Positions 12,326-23,786 of a DNA stretch of 64,000 bases are shown here, piece after piece. The notes beneath the pieces are model-generated. The model did not search any database. It was not told the origin of the DNA and worked only from the letters and a program-made list of their open reading frames with translations. A program made the translations under genes and the position numbers. Source of the DNA: Moniliella sp. 'wahieum'. Lineage: Eukaryota. Position 1 is the first letter of the stretch. Each line of letters begins with the position of its first letter. The stretch covers positions 1-64,000 of the forward strand of contig RSEE01000006.1 of the NCBI GenBank assembly GCA_003971905.1, written 5' to 3'.

Positions 12326-15315
12326 AGAAAACGTCGTTGACGTGCCCATGGAGGACGTATCTGATCCTCCTATGCTCGCTCTTCCTGGGTTACTATTGGT
12401 ATTACATTTACTACTACTCATCAGTAGCAGACAACACCCTCGTTTGTCCTGGTGCGGGAACACACAACATGGGGACCCAGCAGAAGGGCAGTTCATCCGG
12501 ATGCAGTGCTTTATCGATCGGGTACCATTGCAATCCTACGTCTTTCTTCGTCCAGCTCACCTTTCTCTCTCCACCCGTCGCCCACTGACTTTTCCTCGTC
12601 TGGGCTTCCCGCGCTACAATAGCGCAACCGGGACCTCCGGAATCTTAGCCGCGATTACCGAGCCATTTTCGATTTTAACGAGTTGTAGCCGACGCCTAAG
12701 GAGCATCCACAAAAGAGGATTCTTTTTTCGCGTTGGCTGTGAGCCATATGTAAGTTGTTCTACTTGGTGACACAGGAGTTAGATATCCTTCGCGACTATC
12801 TTGTCGCTACGTTGATTGTCCTTAATCACCTTATCTATTCACCCTGCCTCTCTCTCTCCCCGTATTCTTTCTTCTCTTCCTCTTCATTCCCCTTCACTTT
12901 GTCTGAGAGCTCAGTCTCGAACTCAAACTAAATGCCCCTAAATAAAAGGTTTTGTATTACTGTTACTTATCTTCACTGTACTTATCAGGCCTTTTCGCCC
13001 CATGTCTATTTCATTTGCTATGTTCGATCTCAATTTTGCACTTTCTTCGCGTTCCTTGAACCGTTTGCTCCACATTGTCTACATCAATACCGCCGACCAT
13101 GTCAGCAAAGCACGGATTCGGTTGGTTCTGACAATTTGCATAATCAAGCGGCTGACATATAATTCCCACCATCAGCGCTTTTGTTCACCTGTCGCCTAAA
13201 ATGTGTTCTTATCCATTTCCTGTGACTCACCTGCTCCTCTATTGTACTTTGGCAAGTTACTTCGCACAGGTATTTGACACACATTGATGTCAACATCCTA
13301 CCTCATATACAATCATGCCTTGATCTTGTACTAAATTCACTCCAAATCTTCTGTTAGCTTTGGATTCGTCGGTACAGGCCGGCCTTGTTGTGGTACGCGA
13401 GTTGTGCCCCCTCGCACTTTCACACTGCCTTGATCTCTCCCTGCGCCCCGATCCTTTATTGTGCTTGCGCTTTCATGAAACGTTACCGGCATTTCTGTTA
13501 GTCTGGCCACACTGTGATACCTAGCAACCCCATGGAACTTAAGGAATTTGACAGGAGAGCACACACATTCTTGCTACAGAAAGCTGACTACGTCGCTGCG
13601 CCGTCGTCTGCTGGGGGATGGTTCCCCTCGGAGTGCTTAAATCTAACCCAGCATTTAGGATAATAGCGTAGGATACGTCCATCAACACTGTGAGTGTAGC
13701 AACCCTTGCCAACCCATAATCGTGGCCCACTCGTATCATGAACTGATGTCATGGCTTCTTCTTTGTAAAGATTTGTATAGATAATCCAGCCCTTACTGAC
13801 TGCTTAACCATTATTATGTTCATGATAGACCTACGAACGGTATGCAAGGGCTTCTGGAACTAATGGTGCGAATGTACGGATGTGTAACGATGCTTGCTAA
13901 AATCCACTACCGCCGGGGTAATGCGTAGGAAGATTTATGTTACTACTGAACGCCCTCCGCCACATGTCATCGATCATCTGAGCCAAATACATACATCATC
14001 ACTTAAAGCCCGGCGGTATGATGATTTCTGTCGTATGGATGAATTGCGTGCTACACTGGTGACATGCGACCAGTGGCACTGGCACTGCAGCAGTAGTGTT
14101 ATTATTTTCTTCTTTTACTTCCTACCTGCGGATGAGAGCATTGCTCTTGGGAGCTACACAGTGAATGTTATGACTTTACCACCTTCATCCCCAGTGAGGG
14201 TTAGGGTTAGGTCCCCTTCGCCGGGGCCCCGACTGTATGGCCTCATTCATAGGCCAATGTTATCGTCCGTATTCAATCCACCAAGCGATGCTTATCTTCT
14301 TTACAGGACAGGATGACTCATGGTTATGGAATCATATCGTATTGTACTGGCTCAGTACTGGCTCAGTGAGGATATTCGTCACACTTCTGCACAAGCGTTC
14401 GATGAACGTCCGTAGGGATGGACAAGGGAGACAGCGGCCGCATATTTACCGAATAAGGTGCTAATCCTGCAAGCTTAACTCTTGCCCAGGCAATGTAGAT
14501 CCACAACTACGTTGAGGGCAGTGCGGGAGATCTCTAAGTCATCTCTCGTACTTTGTTGTTTAGTAGTACTTTCCAATCCTCACTTATAAATTGGCCGCCC
14601 TTGATGCGTTTCCTTTGAACATAAACCTCAAGCGGCAGCTCCCTGATCATCAGGTCTGCCGTTCCCCACATTTCTGGTTGTGTTACGCCCCCTTGCAACT
14701 TTTTCGTCAGCAAAGTACTGGAATGAATTGGTAGCCCGGTCATCCTTCGGCCAACCTTTTGTGATCGGTTTCATGCGCCACCCATTCACCTCTTCAAAAA
14801 GGTTACCAATCAAAGGGATTGTCACGTAGTCACGGTAGGCCCAGCCGACACAGGTGCAGACCAATGTCAGTTCCGACAGAGGCATGCTTCGACACAAATA
14901 AACGCGTCGACCATCTGTGACTATCTGAAAGCGCATGCCGTCTCAATATAAGCAGTCGTCGACAGTAATTTCAGCATCCGCTCTTATTTGATTGTCCGTA
15001 GGTGGATCGCTTTGCTGGGAAGAATATATAGTCTTGAGGGTTTGGGTATGGTTCTAGAACGAACATTTTGTGATGGCAAACACAGTATGTGAACCAATGT
15101 TGGCCGGGATGCTGTCATAATATTATTGTGTGAGATCGATGAATACAAGCTATACCTCGGCTGGAATCAGCAAATGGCTTGATTTTCTCCTTCCGCACTT
15201 CTTATCCTTCCATGGTGCTGATACTGACCATGCTATTGTAGCTTCCTACATGAACACACGGCCTACAAAAGTTGTAGAACACCTTAGTACTATCTACCCG
15301 GGACAGGAGGAATAG

Positions 15316-15900
15316 CGACACCACAATGCGGGAGTGTTGGTCACCGCAGGGCGCAATTCATGATCAGTATGCCCGGTATGAAGGATGATAACGATGGCGC
15401 CGAGTTGGCAACACGTGCTGTTCTGCAGAACAAAGATGCTACAGGAATTGTCTACGTCAACGCACTAAACTCTCTCTATGATCCCTTGCATTTCGCCTTA
15501 CTCTTCCCGTACGGCGATCGAGGGTGGGCCCGCGTCAGACCAAGCTTCGAACCAAAGAGGAAATCAGGGCCATTGGCGAAGAAATCGCTGCTCGCCTCGC
15601 CAATGCCCGACCAGCCCCGCGGGACGAGCCAAATGCCGCACCTGCTGGCAGCAACCACACAGCATGATGCCGACAATGCAGCACCAGAACGCCACCCCCC
15701 GCCCATCAAAATCGTCCAGTCATAATTGGCCCTGAGGGTAGAACTCGGTGATGAATACGCAAGGGGAACGTGTCCCCTTCCAGGACGACAAACCGCCCCC
15801 CACCTCAGCAACCTCCGTCGCCGTGCTCCGGACGAACACTTCATGACTATGAACGACCACATACGCTTCCATATGATGCAGCGGGATGGTTGGCAAAGAA
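15316..15900 (+). mobile_element. Helitron RepHel fragment (region N-terminal to the HUH Rep motifs)
   Basis: YVNALNSLYDPLHFALLFPYGDRGW matches the Helitron YDPLQYPLLFPxGExGW signature. It is followed by FMTMNDHIRFHMMQRDG (~vT..eyy.yrl..R). Truncated, with no HUH or PIF1 helicase motifs downstream. Confidence 0.7.
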
Positions 15901-16599
15901 TGGGAAATGGTATCCTCAGTGGGTGCTAAAGTGGGACCGCGTCTCAAAGATGAATGGGTCCTGACGGTTATTCGAAAATAGTAGAGGGACAACGCCTCTT
16001 TTACATTGTAATAACCAGGACATGTGCGGACCGAAATGGTTGCCGGCGTGGTCGATGCTCTGGCCAACGACCCTGCCGAATTGGAGCTGAAATGGGGCCA
16101 GTGGGGGCGGCGTGGCTGGAGACGAGATCACCGCAACTGAACGAGCTGGACTTCGGTGTAGCACCTCTGGAGCACACGCGAACTGGGTTGTCTGTGAGGG
16201 ACGGAGAGGTGAAGACGGGAACTGGAGGACCAGGACGGGAAGCAGAGGAGCAACTGGCAAGAGGGGAGACGTCAATGGACCGTGTTGGGGAAACCCACGC
16301 ATCCGACATTGTTAACAGAGAGGAACTAGTAAAAAGGAAGCAACGCAATCGAGGAAGAAGGAAGAACAGGATAAACAGAGGAGACGATTGCCGCCCGGTA
16401 CTAAAGGTAAGGTAAACAATGCGGGGCGACTATATCATCGCAAAGGAAAATCCTGATAGTTGGGTAGCCATGCGGCGGCCGCTAATTCACTTGGGCAACA
16501 GGCGACTATTGTTGCATGGATTAGCCTACATAGAGTGTGCGGCCAAGATAGAATCCCTTCCGTACGGCTGAGGACGCTGAGGAGATCCCCGTACGTGGA

Positions 16600-16980
16600 C
16601 TTTGAAGACTACTGATTTTATCCTGCTTCCATATTTGGTCTTTGGCCTTGAACGTCGCAGAAGTGAGCTCTACTAGTAAGTGGATGAGCTGCCGAATCGT
16701 GGCGTCCAGTTTTCTGATCCACGGGCCTTTCGTTCTCATTGCGAGATTGTCCACGGATGCCTTCTACGTTCCTTTCAGTCTCCGATCTTCTGAACGGATC
16801 CCGCTGCGATCCTACAAGAGAGTTGGAGTTGTTCACAGTGACAAGACCTGTGTCCTATACGCTGTCTTCTCCTGCGTCAACCTTCGCCCACTGGTAGTCC
16901 TTTAGGACCACGGACTACAGCCGTACTGCGCTAGTACTGATTGCCACAGAAATACGACGCAGTGAGTGTCACGGGCTTAT
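16600..16980 (-). pseudogene. Possible short Hsp70 ATPase-domain relic
   Basis: PVTLTASYFCGNQY*RSTAVVRGPKGLPV vs [28 protein letters not shown] (manual alignment, weak). Confidence 0.3.
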
Positions 16981-17574
16981 CTTCGGTTATCGATCGATAC
17001 CTCTTAGGTCCACATGCATGCAAGCTTGATTGTCACCAAATTACGGAGCGCATGTTAGTCGGCACTCCAACACTGAGGCTAATCGACGAGATTTAAGCAT
17101 GTCAAGCTTGAGCGGACGGTGAAGAGATTCGGCAGAGGCTTATGCGCTGAAGACCTGGTGAAAGCAGACGGAAATCGATCCGCTGTGTGCTATATACATG
17201 TGCTATTATGCGTACACACTGATGTCCGATCGATGAGAGGCAAATGTCGCTTTTGGATTTTGGAAAGGGGCGTTGAGAGGCACAGAGGGGAAATCGACAG
17301 TGCCGCAGTACTACACTGATGCAGGCGCTACTGAAAGCCCCCCAAGACGGTAGCCCATACTAACAGGTAGCGCCCACTCAGCGCAGCCAGCGAGAGAAAC
17401 TTAAAATATGCAAGTCTTATACGGCACACAGCGACTCTATACTGATTGGCATCTGTCGATTATAAGAGAATGTCCATGCCGAATTAACCATACGCACTCG
17501 CACCACATTCACCACACCACCCCCTTCCCCACCAGCACCTCCCCGCCCAGCACTTCTCCGCCCCCTCACCTACC

Positions 17575-19627
17575 ATGACCAAAGCAATCGGGATCGATCT
17601 TGGCACCACCTACTCATGTGTCGCTGTTTTGAGGGTGAGGACGGGGTCACGATCATTCGCAACAGCCACGACGATAACACCACCCCCTCGTATGTGGCCT
17701 TCAACGACATGGGGAGGCTTATTGGTGATGAGGCGGTCTGGCAGACTGGCATGAACGCATCCAATACCGTGTTTGACGCCAAACGACTTATCGGCCGTAG
17801 ATTCGACGATGAGATTGTCCACAGTGTGACATAAAGTACTGGCCTTTCAAGGTGGTTGATGTGGACGGTCAGGCGGGAATTCAAGTCCAATACAAGGGCG
17901 ATACGAAGACGTTCACTCCCGAGGAAATCTCGTCCATGGTTTTGTCCAAGATGCGCGAGACGGCCGAGGCGTACCTTGGCGGGCCTGTAAAGGACGCTGT
18001 AGTGACAGTACCTGCCTACTTCAACACCTCCCAACGCCAGGCTACCAAAGACGCTGGTACCATTGCCGGGCTCAACATCTTGGGCATTGTCAATGAGCCC
18101 ACTGCTGCTGCCATGGCTTACGGGTTGGACACAACGACTGAGCGTAAACGCACTGTCCTCGTCTTTGACTTGGGTGGCGGTACGTTTGACGTATCGTTGC
18201 TTGAGGTTACAATGGGGAGATTTAAAGCCAAGGCCGTCTCCGGTGACACCCATCTCGGCGGCGAAGACTTTGACACCCGTCTCCTCGAGCATTTTGCGGC
18301 CGAATTCAAGCGCAAGGAAAACAAGGACATCACACCTGACCTTCGCGCTCTTTGCCGTCTCCGTACTTTTTGCGAGCGCGCGAAGCGCACTCTTTCCGAG
18401 GCTGAACATACCACAATCGAGATCGACTCTCTATTTCAGGGTATTGATTTTATCGCCCCTATCAGCCGATCTCTCTTCGAGGAGTTGTGCAACGACCTGT
18501 TTTCCCGTATGATTCGCCCTGTCGAGGGCGTCCTACAGGACGCGAACGTTAACAAAAATGACGTGACTGACATTGTCTTGGTTGGGGGGTCAACAAGGAT
18601 TCCTCGAGTGCAGCGCCTGCTCACGGAGTTCTTTGACGGGCGCGAACTCAGTCGCTCAATCAACCCCGACGAGGCTGTTGCCTATGGCGCCGCATCCGGG
18701 CTGCTATGCTTGCGGATGACACTACCGACTTGAACCAGCAGCCGGCTCTGCACGATATAGTCCCACTGTCTTTGGGTTTGGCACATACGGTGGTGTGTTT
18801 GATGTCATCATCAAACGCAATTCAACGGTGCCCACCAAGGAGGTGAAATGCTTCAGAACGATTTATGACGATCAGACTACTGTCAGAATTGCCGTGTACG
18901 AGGGAGAGCGGCCCCTAGCCGAGAAGAACCATTTTCTGGTGAGTTCAGTCTAACTGATATCCCGCCTGCGTCCCCTGGTGACACTACTACGGTTAATGTG
19001 ACTTTTGACTTGGACTCCAACTCCTTCTCACGGTGTCGGCTGTTGACATGAAGACGAACAATCCCAAACGATTACCATCACTCATAGTGGCCGCCTGTCG
19101 AAGCAGGACATTGGGCGCATGTGTCGGAAGCCGAGCAGTACAAAGCGATGATCACGAAGCAGTGGCACGGATTAATGCCTTAAGTGAGCTGGATTCGTAC
19201 GCCTGCCAAATGCGCCGCTGGCTGCGTTTAACATGAAACTGCGGACAATCTCAAGCCGAATGAAAGGGAGGTACTGGAAGCGGTAATCAATCAGACGTTT
19301 GACTGGAAAGACGAGTACTCAACGACGGCTTCAAAGGAGATGATTGAAGAAAAGAAAAGAAACCTGCAGACCATTGCAGGCCTGATCGTGCAGAATTTGA
19401 GCGGCGGATCGGAAGCCCTGGAAATCCCCGCGCCAGTCACAGCTCTTAGTGGTGAGCACCCTCTGTTGTCCACGTGTACTACAGCGATGGTCACAAGTTG
19501 TTGCGGTGGAACCCAACATATGCCACTTTTTCTCTTCCTTTTCTCCTTCCCTTTTCTCTCTTCTTCTCTTCTCCCTCTCTTTCTCTTCAATCTCGAAGCT
19601 GGAACCCACTGTTCTCCTAACAACTAA
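17575..19627 (+). CDS. HSP70: Intronless, divergent cytosolic-type Hsp70 (Ssa-like); gene or young pseudogene
   Basis: [119 protein letters not shown]. At least 6 frameshifts. Homology fades at about 19410 and there is no C-terminal EEVD. Confidence 0.93.
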
Positions 19628-19833
19628 GTGCGGTCGAAAAGCCCCCCCTCCTGCCAGTTTTAGAATGGAGATGACATGCACAACATGAGATGGGTATTGT
19701 GTGACGGGTGACAGTGACATGTGCCAGGCAGACGATGATCGATGATCGATGATCCATCTTACTTTGGCGGCCGTCGCGATGAACTACTTCAATCAAACCT
19801 CAGGCCTCAGTCTACTTCAGTAGCTTCCGTAGA

Positions 19834-19960
19834 GGGGATGACATCGAGGACATATCTGACGTTCAGGGTGGTGACATCGACGACGTCACTGACCTGCAGC
19901 GCGCTGATAGAATTGCCTCACTCACGGCAAATTACTCCTCCGACATTTTGAAGGTATTTT
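19834..19960 (+). repeat. 128-bp inverted repeat, right copy (partner at 12156-12283)
   Basis: ggggatgacatcgaggacatatctgacgttcagggtggtgacatcgacgacgtcactgacctgcagcgcgctgatagaattgcc...gaaggtatttt is the reverse complement of 12156-12283. Confidence 0.95.
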
Positions 19961-19987
19961 TTTAGACGTAGCGTTCCCCTGTCCCAG

Positions 19988-20052
19988 CCTTAAGCTCTGT
20001 CAATGAAATGGACGCATCTCTAAATCACGTCCATTTCATTGGCGAGCTTAGG
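19988..20052. other. DNA/RNA hairpin
   Basis: Perfect 14-bp stem CAATGAAATGGACG (20001-20014) / CGTCCATTTCATTG (20028-20041) with a 13-nt loop. It extends imperfectly through TAAGCTC/GAGCTTA. Confidence 0.9.
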
Positions 20053-20059
20053 TCTGCGT

Positions 20060-20600
20060 CTCTCCTTATTGGCCTTATTACTGGGACACAACAAGCCAAG
20101 GCCCTGTATGTGAAGGCAACGCCCAAACCCGGCATCCAGCGTGATAGGCATGCTCCACACTTTCTGCTACCCGGACCCTCCCTCCCTCTCCTTAATATTT
20201 CCTTCAATAGAATTGCATCCGTCAATATATCCTCCTTCATCAGTACTTTAGAGTCGGGTAGGCTTCGCCGTGTTCTAGCCCCGCTCGGATCTACCTCCCA
20301 GGCCCAAGCACGAGAACTGCTGTGATTCTACAACGAATCCTTCAAGATATTTATACCTCCAATCCCCCCTCCCTGCAATGATGGCGGTCCCCTCCACGAC
20401 CGGCGATGCTTGCATTTGTTGTGCGAATGGATCTCATGAAATGAGTTCTTCAAAATGCTGTTGATCAGCTTGGTTATCGAACTCGGGATAGTGGTCATTT
20501 TTTGTATGATGTAAGTACAAATACGCTGTGGAAGGCGAAGGGGCCCTTATCATCAGGCCTGCATCAGGCAAGTGTGGGACATGGACGAGTTATACCAGTG
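20060..20600 (-). pseudogene. Possible Hsp70 relic (ATPase lobe II)
   Basis: Minus strand gagttcgataaccaagctgatcaacagcattttgaagaactc (about 20484-20443) reads FDN/KLIN/HFEEL across two slips (~FDNRLVNHFVEEF). It is followed by NKCKHRR (~NKRALRR) and ILTDA (~VLxDA). Confidence 0.35.
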
Positions 20601-21469
20601 GCGTGAGAGGGTGAGCAGGAGTGGCTCCCCTCCACGCGGTCCTCAAGTTGGTTTGGCCTAGTGACGCTCACTTAGATTAGTCGGGAGGAAGAATTTGGCT
20701 CCGCAGGCTGCGGACCCCTTGCTCGCGCTCCCTCTCCCTTCTCCCTCTCCCGTCAGACTGTCTCCTTCGCTTCAGACGTTGTTCAAAGACCTGTGGCTCC
20801 CACTGCTTTGCCTTCAGAGCTGCTTGCTTTGCAGCTCGTCTTGTAGGGTCCCTGGGCCTGAGCACTCCTAAGTCGCCGTCCCGCGCCTCTCTGTCCTTTT
20901 GGCAGCCACACACACATGCCACGTGCCCGCCTGTCGCTGTCACATGTCGCAGCCGGCCCACTGTTGCGACGGGGCGATAATGATTTTTTTGGCGTCGTAG
21001 CCTCTCAGACTGAGATCTCATCCGCCCCCGAGAGAGACTCCGCGGACTCCAAGAGCTGCAGTGGTTACTCGTCCTGCTTGCCACTACCAAAAAAACGCCC
21101 ACGAGCCGGGTGGACGAGACGCGGGACGGCGGACATAGACCGCGTCGGACATACTCGGGCGTAGGGGGGGCGAACCCTAGCGCCGCGTTCCGGGGAGCGC
21201 CGGTGCGCGCCGAGAGGCCGCCAAGAGCAGAGCCAAGGCCAAAGCAAAGCCAAAAAAGCAAAGCCAAGAGCCGCGCTGCTCCGCGGAGCCGCGCGCTGGC
21301 TCCGCACTCGTCACGCGTCACCCGCGTCACGCGTCCGTCGTCACTGGTGCGGTGCGCCGCTTTTTGGTTTGGTTCCACCCGCGCGCGGGCCTTAGAGAAG
21401 GCCTTGCGACGGCCTTGCAACGCCGTCCTCGCCGTCTTCACGTGTTACCCACCACCTCCCCTCCTCGCC

Positions 21470-23010
21470 ATGAACCTTCTCCGCCGCGCTGCTGGGCGCG
21501 ACGCCCACGTCGATGCCCCGCCCGAGAAGCCCGCTGCGGCGCCCCCCCCGCCACCAGCAACGTCCTCCTCCGCCCTGCGTCCGGCTGCACGCCCCCGGTC
21601 CTGCCCGCCTTGACGCCCAAGCAAGAGGCCGAGGTGGCGGAGCTGCGTGCGTATGGCCAAGAGCTCCATGCGCATGGGTGGTACGCCTCCGACCACCCGG
21701 ACCACGACCCGCACCCGACCACACCAGCCATACCGATCCAGCCTACCGCGTGTACGAGGCTGCCTGGCTCGCTGACCCAGGCACGTGCAGCCGCTTTTAC
21801 CGTGCGGCCAAGCACCATTTGCCCCATGCGCGCAAACGCCTGCTTGCGACGCTCACCTGGCGTCGTTCGTACCAGCCTGAGATTATCCCTCCCGACGAAG
21901 TCTACCCGGAATCCGTCACGGGCAAGTCGATTGTCACTGGCTTTGATCGCGACTGCCGACCCATCCTCTATCTTCGTCCGGACGGGAAAACACCCCGACG
22001 TCCGATCGTCAAATCCGCTTCCTCGTATGGAACTTGGAGCGGTTGATTGGTACGTGTCCCTTACCCCTTCATCTTGTCTTTCTGCTTCCTGCATTGTGGT
22101 GTGTGACGCCCCCCCACCTGTCCTGGATTCCTCGACTGACACTGGCTGCCCTGCCCTGTTTGCTGCGCACGCCAGACCTGATGCCCGAAGGCCAGAGAAA
22201 TGTTGCATCATTGACTACAAGAGTGCTACGCAGCAGAGCAATCCGTCATGGAGCACCAGTCTCAAAGTGTTGCACATCTTGCAGGAACATTACTGCGAGC
22301 GCTTGGGTCGCGCCTGCATTTCCAACGTACCTTGGTTTAGTGCGTACCAGTATTCCTTTCTTTCCTTTATTCTTTCCCTTTCCATCTCCCTCCGCCCCCC
22401 TTCCTCCTCATAACCTGCGGGGATGATCGAGGCGGAGGGTGCGGAGGAGGGATAGAACCGATAGAACCCCTTGGAGCCAATCCACTAACACCCCTTCTTC
22501 TCCCCCCCCCCCTCCTCTTAACCCTCCTTACCATTACCATTACCCTTTCCAGTCAACATGTTCTACACGGCCATCCGTCCGCTACTCGATCCGGTCACAA
22601 AGGAGAAAATTCAATTCAACATCCCCATGACCGATGCCGTTCCTGCCGAGCAATTGGACTCGGAGTGGGCTGGGGGTCGGTACCACTTGTCTTTGACGCG
22701 CCCACCTACTGGAGCCAACTGACTGAGTTTTGTGGGATTGCGGGCAATGGCGCCCGGACCCATCCTTCGTTTGCGTGCTGCCCCGGACACCAAGTCGCCC
22801 GCTGCTACAACGACGGCAACTGCGACGACGGCGCCGGCGCCGGCAGAGCCTGCGACAGCACCTGGCGTCTCGCCGCCGTCGAGTGAGAGTCCGAGCCAGT
22901 CGGGCCAGACGACGTTGGCCGCGGCTAGTGCGACGGGGACAGCGCCTAAGCAACCCTGCCTGCCATATCCTTGCCGCCTTTTGTTTGCTCTTGCTCTGCC
23001 GCCGGTATGA
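21470..23010 (+). CDS. CRAL-TRIO (Sec14-family) phosphatidylinositol transfer protein, Pdr16/Sfh3-like
   Basis: AKHHLPHARKRLLATLTWRRSYQP, ESVTGKSIVTGFDRDCRPILYLRP, LMPEGQ, IIDYK, VLHILQEHYCERLGRACISNVPWF, LDPVTKEKIQF, VPAEQLDSEW. Two introns at about 22049-22175 and 22340-22551. Confidence 0.9.
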
Positions 23011-23786
23011 AGGAGCGTTCGAGGTAGGCATGGTGTGCACATGTGCCAACGGACCGTTTCGTCTCGTAGCCTATTCGCCTGTCCTACCCTGTCGAGCCTT
23101 GGCTGGTCCTGTTCTCTCTGTCCTTGCTTGTCTTGGGTATGGGCTTGGGCTGGGACTGACTGCTGTGCCCTGTTCGTGCATCACGTGGGACCCTCTGACT
23201 GCTAATACCCGAGAGATCCCACACCCGCCTGCGTCCAGTCTTTATTTTCCCCCACTCGCTTTTTTTTCTTTCTCTCTCTTTTATCCCCCTCTTGTCCGCC
23301 TCATCCGTATCTCGCTCACAGCGTCTTTCCGCATTGTCATTGTCCCCACTCGTTCTGCTTTTCCTCTCGTCTCTCGCCTTTGCCCGTCCGCTCTGAAAGC
23401 TCAGTCACTAGTCACTAGTCACTAGTCCGCACTCAATTCACCTGGGTATGTTTGCGTTTGTATGTATGTAGTGGCAGCTTGGGTCGCGCTAGGCCTTCGG
23501 TTTCGGTTTTGGTTTTTGTTGTTTCTCTGCTGCCAGCGCCCGCGGGGGAAAGGGGCTGGAAAAGGCTACCGCAATGTACACGCGCGCCCACAAACATATC
23601 CATATCCATACAAACAGCATCGATTCATCTAGTACAAACGCACCCGCCAACTGCGAGGGACCAAGTCACGAAGGACCCGGCACCTCTCATGTCAGCGGTA
23701 GCAATTGGCAGTAACGTTCGGAACAATAGGGCGGGGTCAGCGAGGTAAAAGGGGATTTGGAGGGGGAGGAAAGAGAGGTTAATTGG

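Larger units (their letters stand above)
11850..14885 (-). pseudogene. Possible near full-length, heavily decayed Hsp70 relic with insertions
   Basis: Colinear manual matches from 14885 downward: VGTDIG..TCVGWAYRDYVTIPLIGN (~[29 protein letters not shown]); KDDRATNSFQYFADEKVARGR (7/21 vs [21 protein letters not shown]); DYG...AGLD at about 13700; GGTTRVP at about 13410; NPGRAS (~NDKGRLS) at about 12385; acidic DEDDE at about 12070. Confidence 0.45.

Noticed and set aside
14197..14211. AGGGTTAGGGTTAGG as an interstitial telomere
   Set aside because: Only about 2.5 units, too short to separate from chance or from a promoter-type telo-box.
15954..16415. 153-aa ORF after the Helitron fragment as a continuation of RepHel, or a plus-strand Hsp70 N-terminal relic (VDALAND, TATER)
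   Set aside because: No HUH or helicase motifs, and the Hsp70-like matches are too short to support.
17570..18409. 279-aa minus-strand ORF overlapping Hsp70
   Set aside because: This is the well-known antisense shadow ORF of Hsp70/DnaK genes, often mis-annotated as NAD-specific glutamate dehydrogenase. Nothing independent supports it.
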